Positions 1-14,707 are shown, counted from the stretch's first letter. The stretch: 64,000 nt of DNA from Auanema rhodensis (GCA_964057225.1 OZ059898.1:7626001-7690000), one strand, 5' to 3'. Numbers and translations: made by a program. The notes: a model not told the origin generated them from the letters alone.

Positions 1-694
1 CCAGAATCAAAACCAAAAGCCTAAGTGGATAATTTAAAAAGAGATTGACAATGTACTCACACATCATTATCAAGTTGATTTAAGCGTTTCATCACATCAC
101 ATAAAATAAATGTCGCTCGAACAATATGATTAGCCAGATCCTTCAAAAATTCATCGCAACTACCTATCTATCGACTACTGAATACCTGTAGTTGCTGAAG
201 TTTCCACTGAACATCAGGTTGAGCCACACCTCGATATGTCCCTCCCGGGCATTTCGGATGTTTTATAACAACTTCAGCTTGAATAACATTATCACCCAGA
301 AGAGATACAATTGCCTATTTTATTTCTTCGTTAAGAAATTGTATTACTCCATACCTTAATGTTGTCCCCGCCATGTTTGCCAGCCAATGCATGTTTCTCG
401 GAGTTTGGGTGTGTTATCGGCACATTAAGCTGTACGTCGCATTTATTGCCCAGATGAAGCTTAAGACAGCATTCTCGTAGAGTAGAGAGAATCTGAGGAA
501 CAAAATAAAAAAGGGTAAACTTTTCAATTCAATAATCCTAACAGTTTTGAAGGAATCCAAAGATCGTGTTTTTTGCTGCCAAATGTATTCCTTTTTTGCC
601 GAAATGTCAGCACGAGAGAGAGTAGTTTCTGTAAGACCAGAGCACACCTTCACGCAAAACCCAATAAAAATTACAAACCTTCCATTTTTATCAT
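1..694 (-). CDS. ROGDI: Rogdi-like protein (leucine zipper, Rav2/ROGDI family); spliced, 3' end runs off the window
   Basis: Hand-spliced minus-strand exons give MIKMEETTLSRADISAKKEYIWQQ..., ILSTLRECCLKLHLG... and AIVSLLGDNVIQAEVVIKHPKCPGGTYRGVAQPDVQWKLQQLQ. The QWKLQQ(I/L)Q motif is typical of Rogdi. The start is the ATG at 694 or 685. Confidence 0.8.
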
Positions 695-946
695 GGAGGA
701 AAATTCTAAATAGCGTTAGACATTTTTCTGAAACAGGCAACAAGATAGAACCGCCCTGGAAAATATTGGCTAAAATCCAATATGCAATGTGTCTCACAGC
801 GAATATCCAACCTTTAATATGATAATTTCGCTTCCTTTAAAATGCATGTTTATGTATAGTGAGATTGAAAGTATTAATGATTTCGATTATATTAATTAGC
901 ATATTTATATGTTTTTTATTTATAGGGTGGTTAGATTTTTTTTATC

Positions 947-2816
947 ATGAGGTTCTGGTTATGGGTATGTATTTTGCTTGCAAGCTCAGCGCTAGTTTGT
1001 AGTGCTGACGCCGAGTTTGAAGACAACGAGTTTGCTGAATTTGAGGTAAAAGTTATTTGCTTGTTTAGTTTACAGTATATATTGTAGGATGAGGAAATTG
1101 AAATTGAACAGCCTGCAGTTCATGTCAAAGAAGAGATAAAAACAACTGAAAAGATTGAGGTTGATTGTTATGGCATACAAATTTGGCAATGCTTAACTTT
1201 ATTTAGAAAGGAAAAGAAGAAGATGACTTTGATGACGACTACGGTGTGGTTGAGGAAGAAGAAACCTCTAAGGAAGAAGAACAGGAAACTAAAGTTGAGC
1301 CACTAAAGTTTGCTGATGTAAGAATGTTAAATTAATTCTTTATCTGAAATCTTGGTTTTTAGGTTCCCGCTCATTTTCGTTCTAACTGGGCCTCTTATCA
1401 AGTAGAGGCTGTTATTCTTGCTGTCATAGTAATTTTCCTTATTAATTACGTTATTGGTATTTCCGTTTTTTAAATCTGCCTTTTCGAAGATTATATTTTC
1501 AGGAGGATCTCAAAACTGTAGCATTGCCAACACATGGTTCGAAAACAACCGTGCTCTTCTCGAAGAGCAATTTGCTTTAGTAAGTTGAAAAGAAAACTGA
1601 AATTTCTAGTTTATGTATTCAGGTTGGTGATGATGGTCTTGGTGAAAATCCCGTTGGAGGACATATGATCAAGGAGACTGATTTCTCTTTCCTAATTTGG
1701 TGCTCTGGAAGAGTTGGTGTTAATTCGCTGGCTATTCAGGTATGTTGTTAAAAATTTTTGAGTCAAAATTTATTCTTCAAAAATGTGTTCAGATTCGTAC
1801 CAAAAAAAGACAGGATCTCCTTTCTCGTGTCCTTCACTTATTTACTCCTCAAACTGATCGTCTTACTTTGAAGGTTTTTAAACTACATTTCAAATCTAAG
1901 TTAGACAGCTTGATTTAGTTTGAATTGGATAACGGTGAATTGGATCCATTTGTTCTCTGCGTTGGACAGAAAAAATCGGCTACCAGACAGTTTAAAGAAA
2001 TGTTAGATCTATCTACATTTGCCCCTGAAAAAAAAAATCTTGTACAATTCAACTTGCCAGCAAGGTAACTGTTGTATTTTTGTCATATTTAATTTGTAAC
2101 TTTTAGCTTTGCTCTTTTCTCTGAACAACAAGAAGCATCTTATGCTGTTATGGACTCTGCAGTAACTTCAGTTTTTCGTCGTTATGAGAAAGCAATAGAA
2201 TTCATCCATATCTCTGATCAATACTCAGGACCAAAACCTCCAGAGTAATTTTTGATAATTGTTGTTTTTAAACAATAGATTTGTTAAGGGGAGAAACATA
2301 TACTCGCATGCCTGATCGTATGAATCTTCTTCAATTTTCTTTGAATCTTGCCGAACTTAAGGATAGCGAAGCTCAAAATGATGTTCTTCAATTAGTCTTA
2401 TTTATTGTTGACAAGGTTAGTAACTTTATATTGCTTTTAATAATATTTATTATTGTTTTTTTCTCAGGTTCGCAAGATTAGGTTAAGCAAGGAAGCTAAA
2501 CAAAAGTCCGACAGACGTCGCCGTGAGGTTGAAGAAGCCTTCATGAAAACAACTCATCAGTTCCGTCAAGAAGCTGCTCAAGTATACATATATTATATTA
2601 TCGGTGTATACCATCTATTTTAGGCTCGTAGGGAAGAAAAAACTCGTGAGAGAAAACAAAGATTGCTGGACGAAGAAGATCCAGAGAAGCAAAGGAGATT
2701 GGAGGTATTTTAGTTTTACTAGGCATTTCATTGCTTGGCATATTTAGAAACTCGAAATGAAGAGAGAAGCAAAGTCTAAACAACCTAGAATGAAGCAGAT
2801 GAAAGTGAAAATGTAA
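947..2816 (+). CDS. CCDC47: CCDC47 (PAT complex subunit / calumin), multi-exon
   Basis: Signal peptide MRFWLWVCILLASSALVCSA, acidic FEDNEFAEFE, VPAHFRSNWASYQVE plus a transmembrane segment, IWCSGRVG, IHISDQYSGPK, C-terminal RQEAAQARREEK...PRMKQMKVKM*. All introns are GT-AG. Confidence 0.93.
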
Positions 2817-3135
2817 TTTCCCAGATTTCTTATCGTTCAAGGTAATTCCAGTATTAAAGTATTGTCAAACCTTGATATTTTTTATCTATTTTTAAATTAT
2901 TTTTTTTCGTTGTCTAGGTTTTTGTTAATATTATCAAGGATATGTAATTTCCTAGTCTTTATGTGATTAAATTAATAATCTCCTTGAGATCCATATTGTT
3001 GCACTTCGTTGTTGTATTCATTTTATTTATAACAACTTTCATAATGTGCTCATTTTTCGTACGATAGGCCATCCTCTGTAGTACATGCGATGTTTCGTGT
3101 TGTGTTTCACTTTGTACTCCTTTTTTTACTCAAAA

Positions 3136-4646
<1,511 letters not shown>

Positions 4647-4656
4647 ATTTAATATC

Positions 4657-4668
4657 TTTATTAATAAA
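4657..4668. terminator. Palindromic bidirectional poly(A) signal TTTATTAATAAA
   Basis: Perfect 12-bp palindrome presenting AATAAA on both strands, inside the 24-bp gap between the convergent GALT and METTL6 stop codons. Confidence 0.6.
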
Positions 4669-4670
4669 AT

Positions 4671-5781
4671 CTATTGTTGCCTTATAAATCTCGCCTGTAC
4701 GAATATTCTAGGTACATTCAATGATTTCTGATGATTTATAGTTTTCCTATTCAAATATTCTTTTCTTACACAGAGGAAATCATTGTCCTCAAACAATTTG
4801 ACTAATTCATCTGTAATAGGATTTCAAGAACTACTTTTTGATGAGGAAAAAATTACCTAATTCAAAATAGTATGCTCTTGTGCCATCTTGTCTGACATAA
4901 AATCTTTCCGAAATCTTAGAATCTCTGCCAAATCTTATCATAGCATGATCATTAACAGCATAATCTCTAACCAAAACAGAACCTCCAATCTTGAAAATAT
5001 GGTAGTTAAAAATATTTGTTTTCCTCAAACCTTCACAAATTGTTTCATATTTTGAACAGTTATGTGAAAATTATCAGGATGAATGGCGGAGATTACAAAA
5101 ATTAAGGTAGCTAAATCGGCAGGTTCTTGGAAAGGATTTTCATGAAGTGGTTTAGCTAAGTCAATCACAGACGTTTCTACTTCCATCTGTAGAAATAAAA
5201 TGATATATATTGGCAACATGATTAATTTTCACATTCAATTCCTTTGCTCTTCCTTTGACAATTTCTACAGCATTTTTCGAAAAATCAAAAGCTTGCAATT
5301 TCATCGCAGGAAAACTGGAGGCTAATGGAAAAAGCATATTACCCACACCACATCCAGCTTCGAGATAAGTAATTCTGCTCTTAAAAAAATTTTAATTAGA
5401 AAAAGTAACTGCTTTGCCACCTTAAGATCGATGTCATCGCACAAATCTTCTACATCTTGTGAACTCCAATTCCTATCTTTGAAAAACTTATCGGTGTTTC
5501 TGTGATAAAATCTATCCCAATTTTTTTGTGCTTCAATTTCTATTTTCCTTTTTTTGAAATCTGATATTTCAGTCTAAAATCAGTTAACAATTATAGTCAC
5601 ATATTTATTTATGACAAAAGAAGGAGTCATGGAATAAAATATTAGCACACAATTTATTTTTAAGAATTCTTTTGTGTGCACGTACCTGTTTCTTAAGCTG
5701 CTCTCTGTCTTGTTCAGTAAGATCTCTGGGACTAGCACTAGTCATTGATTTAAATGGATTATTACTAATCTCTGTCTCCAT
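4671..5781 (-). CDS. METTL6: tRNA N3-methylcytidine methyltransferase METTL6, multi-exon
   Basis: EAQKNWDRFYHRNTDKFFKDRNW, SAM motif LEAGCGVGNMLFPL, AFDFSKNAV, LIFVISAIHP, VLVRDYAVNDHAMIRF, FYVRQDGTRAYYF, VPRIFVQARF. Confidence 0.92.
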
Positions 5782-6027
5782 TATCTGAATTATGAATTAT
5801 TTTATTAATATTCGAAACACTAGAAATCGTCTAGTCATTATTTTATTATTTCATATCTATTTTTATCAAAATTCTAAATTTCAAACTAGATTAAAAATTG
5901 GTCCTGAACCGATTTCGCATCTTATGTATATGAAACAAAATAGAAACTTCAAAGCAAGCTGTTGATATTTATTTTAAATTATTGTATTTAATTTAAATAT
6001 ATAATTTAAGTATTTTTGTTTCAAGTT

Positions 6028-9000
6028 ATGCCGGTACTCGAAGAAGATTTCCCTCGTGGAAAGCCTGTGAGGTTAGACCCATCTGTTACTGCTTCACCTA
6101 GTAAGAAAAGAAAAATCGAAGATGACGATAATCAATTGTTTGGAACCGGCGAAGTAATATTTGTACCTAATTCAAATCTAGAATGTCATTTTTAGAAAAG
6201 AAAATCTGTCGGTAAAAACAAAAAAGCGAAAACTTTTGAACCCAAAGCTAAAATTACTGATGGTTTATGGATTAAAAATATTAGTTACGATTATTTAACA
6301 GAAGGTGTAATGGGAATGGCTGTTGTGATAGAGGTGTTATTGAATACATTCAATAATTTTATAATTTTCTCAATTATAGGTTCATGAGGATCATTTAATT
6401 TTAGAAACCGTAGACTCTTGCAATCTAAAATTACCGGCAAATCAGGTTTCTATAATTAGAGCATGTATAGTTTTGATATTTTCATTTTTTAAGATTGGAA
6501 AACAGTTCACAAAGCTCTTGAAAGCAGATAAACTGTCTTTAGAGCAATGCTTTTCAATCGGGCAAATGATTCCATTCAGAGTAATTACAGAATATCAGAA
6601 AGGTTTTATTATATTTGTTCTACAAAATTTATGAGCTATTTTTTTGCAGGTGAAGGTAATAAGAAAAAAGGTTTAGTACTTCCTATTGTCTCATGCGATC
6701 CCGCTAAGTTGAATGCTCATCTTGTACCTGCTAAATTATCTTCTGGTCTCGTAATTCACGCAATCGTTGAAAGCATTGAGGAGAAAGGTGCTTTTTTTTA
6801 AATGTGATATAGTACACTAAATGTATTTGAATAGGTGCCGTGCTTGATATTGGGTTATCAGCAATAAAAGGATTTTTACCAAAAGAGAAACAACCATCCA
6901 AGGGAATATATGTTGGACAGCCAATTCTTACCCGAATTGAGTCTCAAGACTCCCGAATTGTTAAAGTTACAGCATTTGTTGAACAGGTATATTTTAAATA
7001 ATTAAAGAAATGATATTACGCCTATTTCAGGATCATTTGAGTGTTGAAGCTTGTGACAAGCTTCAGCTTAACCATTTGATGCCCGGTACAATTGTGGATT
7101 GCTTACCCACTGAAGCCGAACCATTGGCTAGAGGTGTCATTGTTTCTCTTGGAAATGGTGCATTTTTTTAAATATAGAGATTTGTATAAGTGTTTTCAGA
7201 TGTGAAAGCTCTCATTATGCGCAAAAATCTTCCACCTCGCCTTAGAGCTGATACTTCTCGTTTTACTAGATCCATTCGCTGTGTTGTTATGATGTGTGCT
7301 CAAAATGCCAACTTATTGGTTTTATCCGCCCATCCCGATCTTGTTGCTGTTACAAAAATAGAAAAGCGGTCCGATTTCCAAGTAATGTCTCTTTGTTGTA
7401 TCAATATAATTAGGATATTTTAGGGCATAAATGTTGGAGACAAACTTAATTGCAAAGTTATTGATGTAAACCTTAATTCTGCTAATGTAGCTTTCTCTTT
7501 ACCTATGAGTGATGATGGAAAAATTCCCCTTATTACAGCTCATGCTTTCAAAACATTACTTCATAATGTCGATGACTTAGGTTTGATTTTGCTTCGGGGT
7601 TTTTACAATAACATTTTTTCAGAAGAATTTTATAAAGTAGGTTCGGAACATGTATGTCGTGTAATTGGTTTCCGCTATGCTGATCGATGCCTTGTTGTAA
7701 CTACTAGAAAAGATAAAATCAAACAGAGTGCTGTTTCTTATAAGGTATGTTTGAACGCATATGCAAAGTGTTTTCATATTCTGTAATAGGAGCTTTCACC
7801 TGGACAAATTGTTGAAGCCAAAGTTGTTAATGTTCATGAAAAAGGAGCTCATTTGCTTATTAATGATGACATTAAAGGGTATCTTGCTCATGAATTTGCT
7901 TGCGATAAAGTCATAACTATGGATAAAGCTTTCCCAGTCGGTTTGTTGAATATATTTATTATCTATATTTGAACATCTATTTTAAGACAAAGTTTTCAAA
8001 TGTCGCGTTTTACTGGTTGATGATGAAAGGAAGAGAGTCAATGTAATTGCTCGTCCATCAGTTGTTAAATACGGGGTTTGGTTAGAAAGGGTTTAAAAAT
8101 TAAATTTTAATATTGTAGGGCACTCTTATTACATCTTACGATTCGGCATTAACGGGACAAATCTCTCTCGGTGTTATTGTACACACACTTTCTAATTCTT
8201 ATCTAGTCGCATTTTTAAACAATGTAAAAGGGTTGTTACCGTTTTCTAAAACTGGTGATGTTTCTCTGAGGTTTCTTTTTTTTAAATATTCAACTAAAAT
8301 CTAATGGTTTTAGAGTTGGAAACGCTGTTGAAGTGCGGGTACTGGACGTGAAACCAGAGGAAAATACTATGTTTTTAGCTATGGCTGATGCTGCAGCTGC
8401 ATCTTCTAAACATCTTTTAAAATACGAGGTATTTTATTGTATATTTGCTACAGAATCAGTGTAATTATAGGCATCACCTTTACCAATCGCATCTTACACG
8501 GGTACAGTTCGTGAGGTTCGCATAGCAAACGTTGGTGGAAAGCATATTGAAAGTGTAACACTGACAGTAAAACATAAGCGAGAGGTTAATATATTAAACA
8601 ATTCTTGTACTGAATTTTTCTTTAAGACTCATGATGTTATTCTATCTTCTCAACATGCGTCTGATGCTCTAGATCAGCCGTTCGAAAGCTTCTCAGGAAC
8701 ATTTAAAGAGGGGAAAAAAGTTTCTGGTCTTGTGCCTCTAGGAACTTCTCTAGGAGTGAATAGAGTGTGTGCGAAGGGTCTCGTTTGTGACTGGCTCGAA
8801 ATTTCCAAAACTTCTCCAACCAAGTTTGAGGATTTGAAAGAAGGACAGGTAAGAATAGGTTAAAAGTGTTATTTAGAAGTTTTGTACTTACAGCTTGTCT
8901 GTGGTATTGTTGTTCATAAATTGGAAATGGGAATTTTCATTGAAATTGTCGGAGGCAGCGGTCTTGTTGGAAAAATCATGAAACAGAAAGGTAAAATTGC

Positions 9001-12000
9001 GTAGGGTTGAACTATAAATTTGATAATGTTCTTAGGAAGTGTGAAAAATGAGGACGAATTGGGATTCCAATTGGGACAAACTGTTGTATGCAGAATTTTA
9101 CATTTAAACGCAAATAAATCATTTACTGTTACTCAAGTAGTAAGCTAAAAATTTATATTGAATGCGTGTTAAATACATTATTTTTCAGATTGATGATTGT
9201 TTCCCTAACCAAGAAAATTTAGCTGATCTTGCTGTAAGGTTGGTCCGTTCATATGTAAATGAGTTGAAATCGTTGGCGTTATCAATGGATGGTGTTCCTG
9301 TTATTGGTTTGCTTCATCAAGTCAATTCTTCAAATTATATATTTTGCAGGTTCACAAGTCAATACCATAGTTACTCATGTTGTCGATGATACCGCTTTTG
9401 TGAAATTCAATAATAATATTATTGGTCATATCAAGAATGGTAATTACCCTGAAGGAACTAAGGTGCATTACATTTTGACATGTTTGTGTTATTTAGGCTT
9501 TTTGTAGGCTGGAGATGAACTGAATTGCTTAATTATGGATTATGCTTTCCCAAGGAGAGATGCAGAACTTGTTACTGTACCCAAGAAAGTTAAAAAAGGG
9601 AAGAAGGTGAAACCTTTTTTTGCAAAGTGCCTCATAAAAACATTGATACTCAGGTTTCTAAAGAGGAAGAGGAAATACGAGTTGTTCAAGTCAAGCGAGA
9701 TTACTTTGTAGTTCTGAAAAACAGTTCTCTCTGTTTTGTTCCAAACAGATTGCATCCAAATATTGTACCTGCATCGAAAAAAGGTTTTTATTAAATTTTA
9801 TTGATTTTTGAATGATAATTTTCGCAGGACGTGTTTCTCTGGGTGAAACTGTTAAGGTTGATGTAATCGACGAGATGTTTGAAAATGTTTCATACGGTCT
9901 TCTCGATGGAGATCAAGAACTCATTAGCAAAATCTCTAAAGGCACAGCTGAAGTAGGTTTGACAAATTATCTGTGAAACTGTTTTGGTGTTTAAGGGATC
10001 GAAGAAAAGTGCAATTAAAAACTTGCAAGTGTATACAGCAACAGTTATGGGGCCATGGGATCTACCACTTAAGGAGGGAGGCCCAATCTCTACAATGGCT
10101 GTTCGAGTTAAACTACCTGGAGATAACATTGGTTGGCTGTCAATTAACATATGTAGTGAACGACAATTGTTTAGGACGTCTTCATATATCCGAATTCCCC
10201 ATGAAGTTAATCGGTGGAAAGAAAAACGTGCTTAAAGTTTATGAAGATTTTTTGAAAAACAAGAATCTGAAGAATATCAATGTTCGTGTTATCGAAATAA
10301 ATAAGTCCAAAATCAATTCTGAAAAGGTATATTTATTCTTGAATGCCTTTGGTTTAATATTTATTTAGATCCGTATTGCTGATGTTACTATGAATGAAGA
10401 TAAATTGTCTATCAAAAAACTGAGAGCCAAAAAATTGCATTATCAGCCTCAGTTTGAAGTACTTTTTCCTTTTTCTTTTTTTTCTAAAGCCTAACTTTAG
10501 GTTGGTGAGGGTGTTGTAGCGTATGCAACTGGCGAAACTAATGCCAAGGGCTCTGTTGTTGAAGTTACTCCGTATTGCCATGGCTTAATTAGCGCCGAAG
10601 CTCTTTCTGCTGAGTACATCGTGAGTAGATATAACATTCATTATCCTTTAAAAATAAATTTTAGTTGAAAAACGAAACTTCCGATATGGGTGCTGTTGTG
10701 GAAGCAAATATTCCCAGAGGAGAAGTGCTTCAAACAGCTGTTTTAGCCTTTTCTGCCAAAAAGAGATTTAAACAACTGAAACTTGCCATGGGACCAGCAT
10801 CTGTAACCCGAACGAAGAAGGTATGATATAGGTTTAAACAAAGTTGCATTGATATTTTAGAATTTTTCATTCGGTGATAAAGTTGTTGGAAGAGCTAAGA
10901 GAATTACTAAGCAGTTAACCGTTGAGGTAAATATTGGTTTTCTTTGTTATATTTTTTGGAAATTTTTAGTTTGTTCTTGACTCTGGTCATATCGCTATTC
11001 TGCCTATTTCCGCAATTTCTGATAAATACGAAAAATCCATGCAATACTTGAATAGTTTTAACAAAAACGAGGTGAGTGATCATATTTCAATCAGAGATAT
11101 ATTTAAATTACAGATTTTCCATCTTCACTTCATTCGTAATGAAATGAAGCCTAAAAAAACTTATGTTATGACTGAATCTAGATACAATTCTGTTGTCAAG
11201 GAAGCTCAATCTACGGAAGATTTCATGAAGTCTCCAAGAAGTCTGATTCCTGATAGAATTGCATTAAAAACGTTGATTGGTCATACGGTGCCTTTTTTGC
11301 TCAATTATGTTAATTAATGTTTTTGTATAGGTTGATGGATTTATCACGAATCATACAGAACATTTAACATTTATTGAGATAGGAGCCGGAATATCTGGTG
11401 CTATTAAAAGATCAGCTAATTCGTAAGTAGTTTTTCCTAGCTATAATTGTTAGAGACGCTTCAGACCTTTGACGAACCAGCCTATTGGATCTGTCGTTAC
11501 TGTCCTTATTCAAAAAGTGGACGAAAATGATAATAAAATTCTTCTTAAGTTCAAAAATATTGTATGCACCCCTTCTGTGCAAGTGGTTAGGTTTATTAAC
11601 CATTTTTCAGTTATTTGTCTTCATTTAGGTAACTAAACGGGAAACATCTCCTGAACCTGCAGTGGAAAAATCTGAGAAGAATTCCAAGAACACTGAACCA
11701 GCTTACGTTATTAAAAAAGTGAGATGCTTGGTATAGCTTATTATAACAGTGTGCTGTACAGATTGAAGATCCTGGTTTTGATTTTTCAAACTCTGGGTAC
11801 AAACCGGAGGATTTGGCTGAAATTGGCAAGATAGGACAAGACTCTCTTGAACTTACCGTGAGCACCACATCTAAAAAGGATGAATCATCTAAAAAACAAA
11901 AATGTTTGTCAACATATCAATATTGCTTATTATTCTTTGCTTACAGCTAAAAGAGGACAGGATTCCGACATTGAAAATAATCCAGTCAAGAATGAAGAAA

Positions 12001-13149
12001 ATGTTGATGAAGATCAACCCCAAAACGATAATGATTTTAACAGATTAATAAGTAAAGACCCTAATTCAGCTGAACCATGGATTAAGTATGATCCTCACTA
12101 ATTTGTTCATATTATTCAGTTTTTTTAGGTATATGTCATTCTTCTTGGAGAAGAACGATTTAGAAAAGGCCAGAGCTACTGCTGAGAGAGCATTAACTGC
12201 TATTCATTATCGGTATACATATTATGAAATTTTGTTAACTTATATATATATATATATATATATTGCAGGGAGGAGGCCGAAATATCAAATATGTGGACAG
12301 CTTACTTGAATATGGAAGTTGCTTTTGGTGATATGTCCACTGCCCGATCAGTTTTTGAGAAATCTTGTCAAAATGCTGACTCGTTGAAGATGCACAAACA
12401 GATGGCATTGATTCTTGCCAACAATGACAAGATTGAAGTCTGTTTTCTTCATATAATACTTACTAGTTTGCTGTTTTTATAGGAAGCTGATGAAATTTAC
12501 GACACTATGATTAAAAAGTTCCGAGCATCCAGTGATGATGTATGGGCAATGTATGCTACTCATTTAATGAACACAGAAAGAGTTCAAAAGGGCAGAGATC
12601 TGCTGCAGAGAGCTCTTAGCAGTATTCCAAAAGCTCGACGTAAGTTTGTTACTACTTTACTTTTATTTCCCTGAGCTGTTTAGACTGTGAACTGATTACC
12701 AAGTTTGCTCAACTAGAGTTCAAAAAGGGTGACGCCGAGAAAGGTCGCACTTTGTTTGAAAGCTTGGTATGTAATTTTATTTTTGTATGTTCTAACTTTT
12801 ATTATATAGATAACTGCATATCCCAAAAAAACAGATATTGTATTAGTTTATGTTGATATTATTGTCAAACACTCTGGAATTGAGGATGCCAGGTTTGAAT
12901 ACTTATTTAACTCTAATTACTATTTCATTTAATTGTTTTAGAGCTATTTTGGATAGGGCATGCAATTTACGCATCAGTATGCACAAGCTTCGTCCAATGT
13001 TTAAAAAATGGATGGAACTGGAAGAAAGATATGGAGATGAGAAATCGCAAGCTTTGGTTAGTTGAATTATATATACACACTCTACATTATATTTCTAGGT
13101 GCGCACCATGGCTGAAAAATGTGTTAAAGATATTGTTGAAAATTTATAA
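6028..13149 (+). CDS. RRP5: rRNA biogenesis protein RRP5/PDCD11 (let-716-like); S1 repeats plus C-terminal HAT/TPR repeats, many short introns
   Basis: N-terminal EEDFPRG, several S1-like exons (GRLHISE, KGYLAHEFACD), and C-terminal DFNRLISKDPNSAEPWIKYMSFFLE...ARATAERAL, IWTAYLNME, KFAQLEFKKGDAEKGRTLFE, FKKWMELEERYGD. Confidence 0.93.
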
Positions 13150-13355
13150 AAACGCAACTATTTGTTGAATTTGTTACCAAATTGTTATTGTTATCATTGT
13201 TTTGTTTATATGAGACTAGTTGTTACCGTTGTTCTTGTTTTCGGAATACATAAATATATCTTTTTTTTTCTGTTTTTTTTAATTACGGTAAAATATCCGA
13301 TTATTTCTATTTCATATTTGTATACAGAATAACAATATAAACAAGTTTAAGTTCA

Positions 13356-14428
13356 ATGCCGATCGGTTGCACAAAGAAGGAGTCTAGGCCGACAGATCAA
13401 CAAGATATCGAAAGCAAGTTAAAAAGTTTGCGGAACCGTTTTGGTAATCATTTTCACTATCATAAAGTTTATCGAACTTGTATTAGCCATGAACTCAGGA
13501 ATGAACGAAATCATTCCTAATCTTTTTCTTGGAGGATTGCGTGATGCGACAGATATACATCAAATAGCTAAAAATAAAATCGAGGTTAGTTTTAACTGCT
13601 TTGGATTTTGAATAATTTATGTTCTGTTATTAACTTTCAAATTTAGTATGTTCTTTCAATACATGATATGAATATAGAATATGTATCACAAGCTAACTTA
13701 AAAATTAAAAAAATTCGTATAGCTGATTCACCTTCAGAGAATATAGCCCAATATTTTTCTGAAGCTATACAGTTTATTCATGAGGCTCGTATCAAAGGAG
13801 GTAGTATTCATTGCCTACATTCATTTTTCAAAAATTCGTTTAGCATCTGTTGTTGTACATTGTCTTGCTGGGGTATCTCGTAGTGCAACCATTGTCGCTG
13901 CTTATCTTATCACCGTTTGTGGATTAACATTTTATAATGCTTTATCATTCACATCTTCGAAACGACCTGCGGTCAATCCAAATTTTGGTTTCAGGATGCA
14001 ACTCTCGAAGTTTGAAAAAGCTGTTAGTGAACATTGAAATTTTGTATTAATTAGTTTTCCTTTAGCCAGCACATCAGGAACGGAATCGTCTCAGAGAACT
14101 CTTTGGGGCAGCTGTGTTTGATCGTCAATGGCAGTTAGATCGTATAGCCACTCGAGTAAAGGTTGGTTCGCGCTGTGTTATGTCCTGGTGAGTGCTGTCT
14201 CGTTATGCTGCAAAGTCTTCGTACAAATTATTTTTGCTACTAACAGTTAACAAACATTTTTGCTTTTCCATGCACGTTTGACTATATTAACTTTTTTTTG
14301 AGCTTTTTGTCTCATTATGAAAAAGTTTACAGATCGTCACCCAAAACAGTACAATTTCTAATACCAATGATTCTTCAGTTACTTGTGATGAGAGTTCTCC
14401 ACCTGGTTCTGAATTTTCCACTTCATGA
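13356..14428 (+). CDS. Atypical dual-specificity phosphatase (DUSP22/DUSP15-like) with alternative C-termini
   Basis: MNSGMNEIIPNLFLGGLRDA, IADSPSENIAQYFSEAIQFIHEAR, catalytic VHCLAGVSRSATIVAAYL, RPAVNPNFGFRMQL. Two donors (14162 and 14188) can join the acceptor at 14332. Confidence 0.9.
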
Positions 14429-14707
14429 CATTATTTTTATTTGATTTTCTATGACTCTTAAAGTTTTCTGTATATACTTTATACATAATTTTAATATGTA
14501 TATAGATATTGTATATATTTTTGTCTTGCATAGTTTACTTATAATTTTTTGAGCTTATGTTGTGATTCTCAGGTTTTTTTAAATATAATATGTATAATAA
14601 ACTGCTTCTCATTTTTACGATGGGGGTAAGAAAATAAGAAAATGGTTGCTATCGAAACTACTTCATCTATTTGCAATTTCTTAATTCTGAATGGATCTTA
14701 GGTGAGG

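Noticed and set aside
14186-14191. TGA read-through or selenocysteine in the phosphatase tail
   Set aside because: No SECIS-like element is evident, and alternative splicing explains the sequence more simply.
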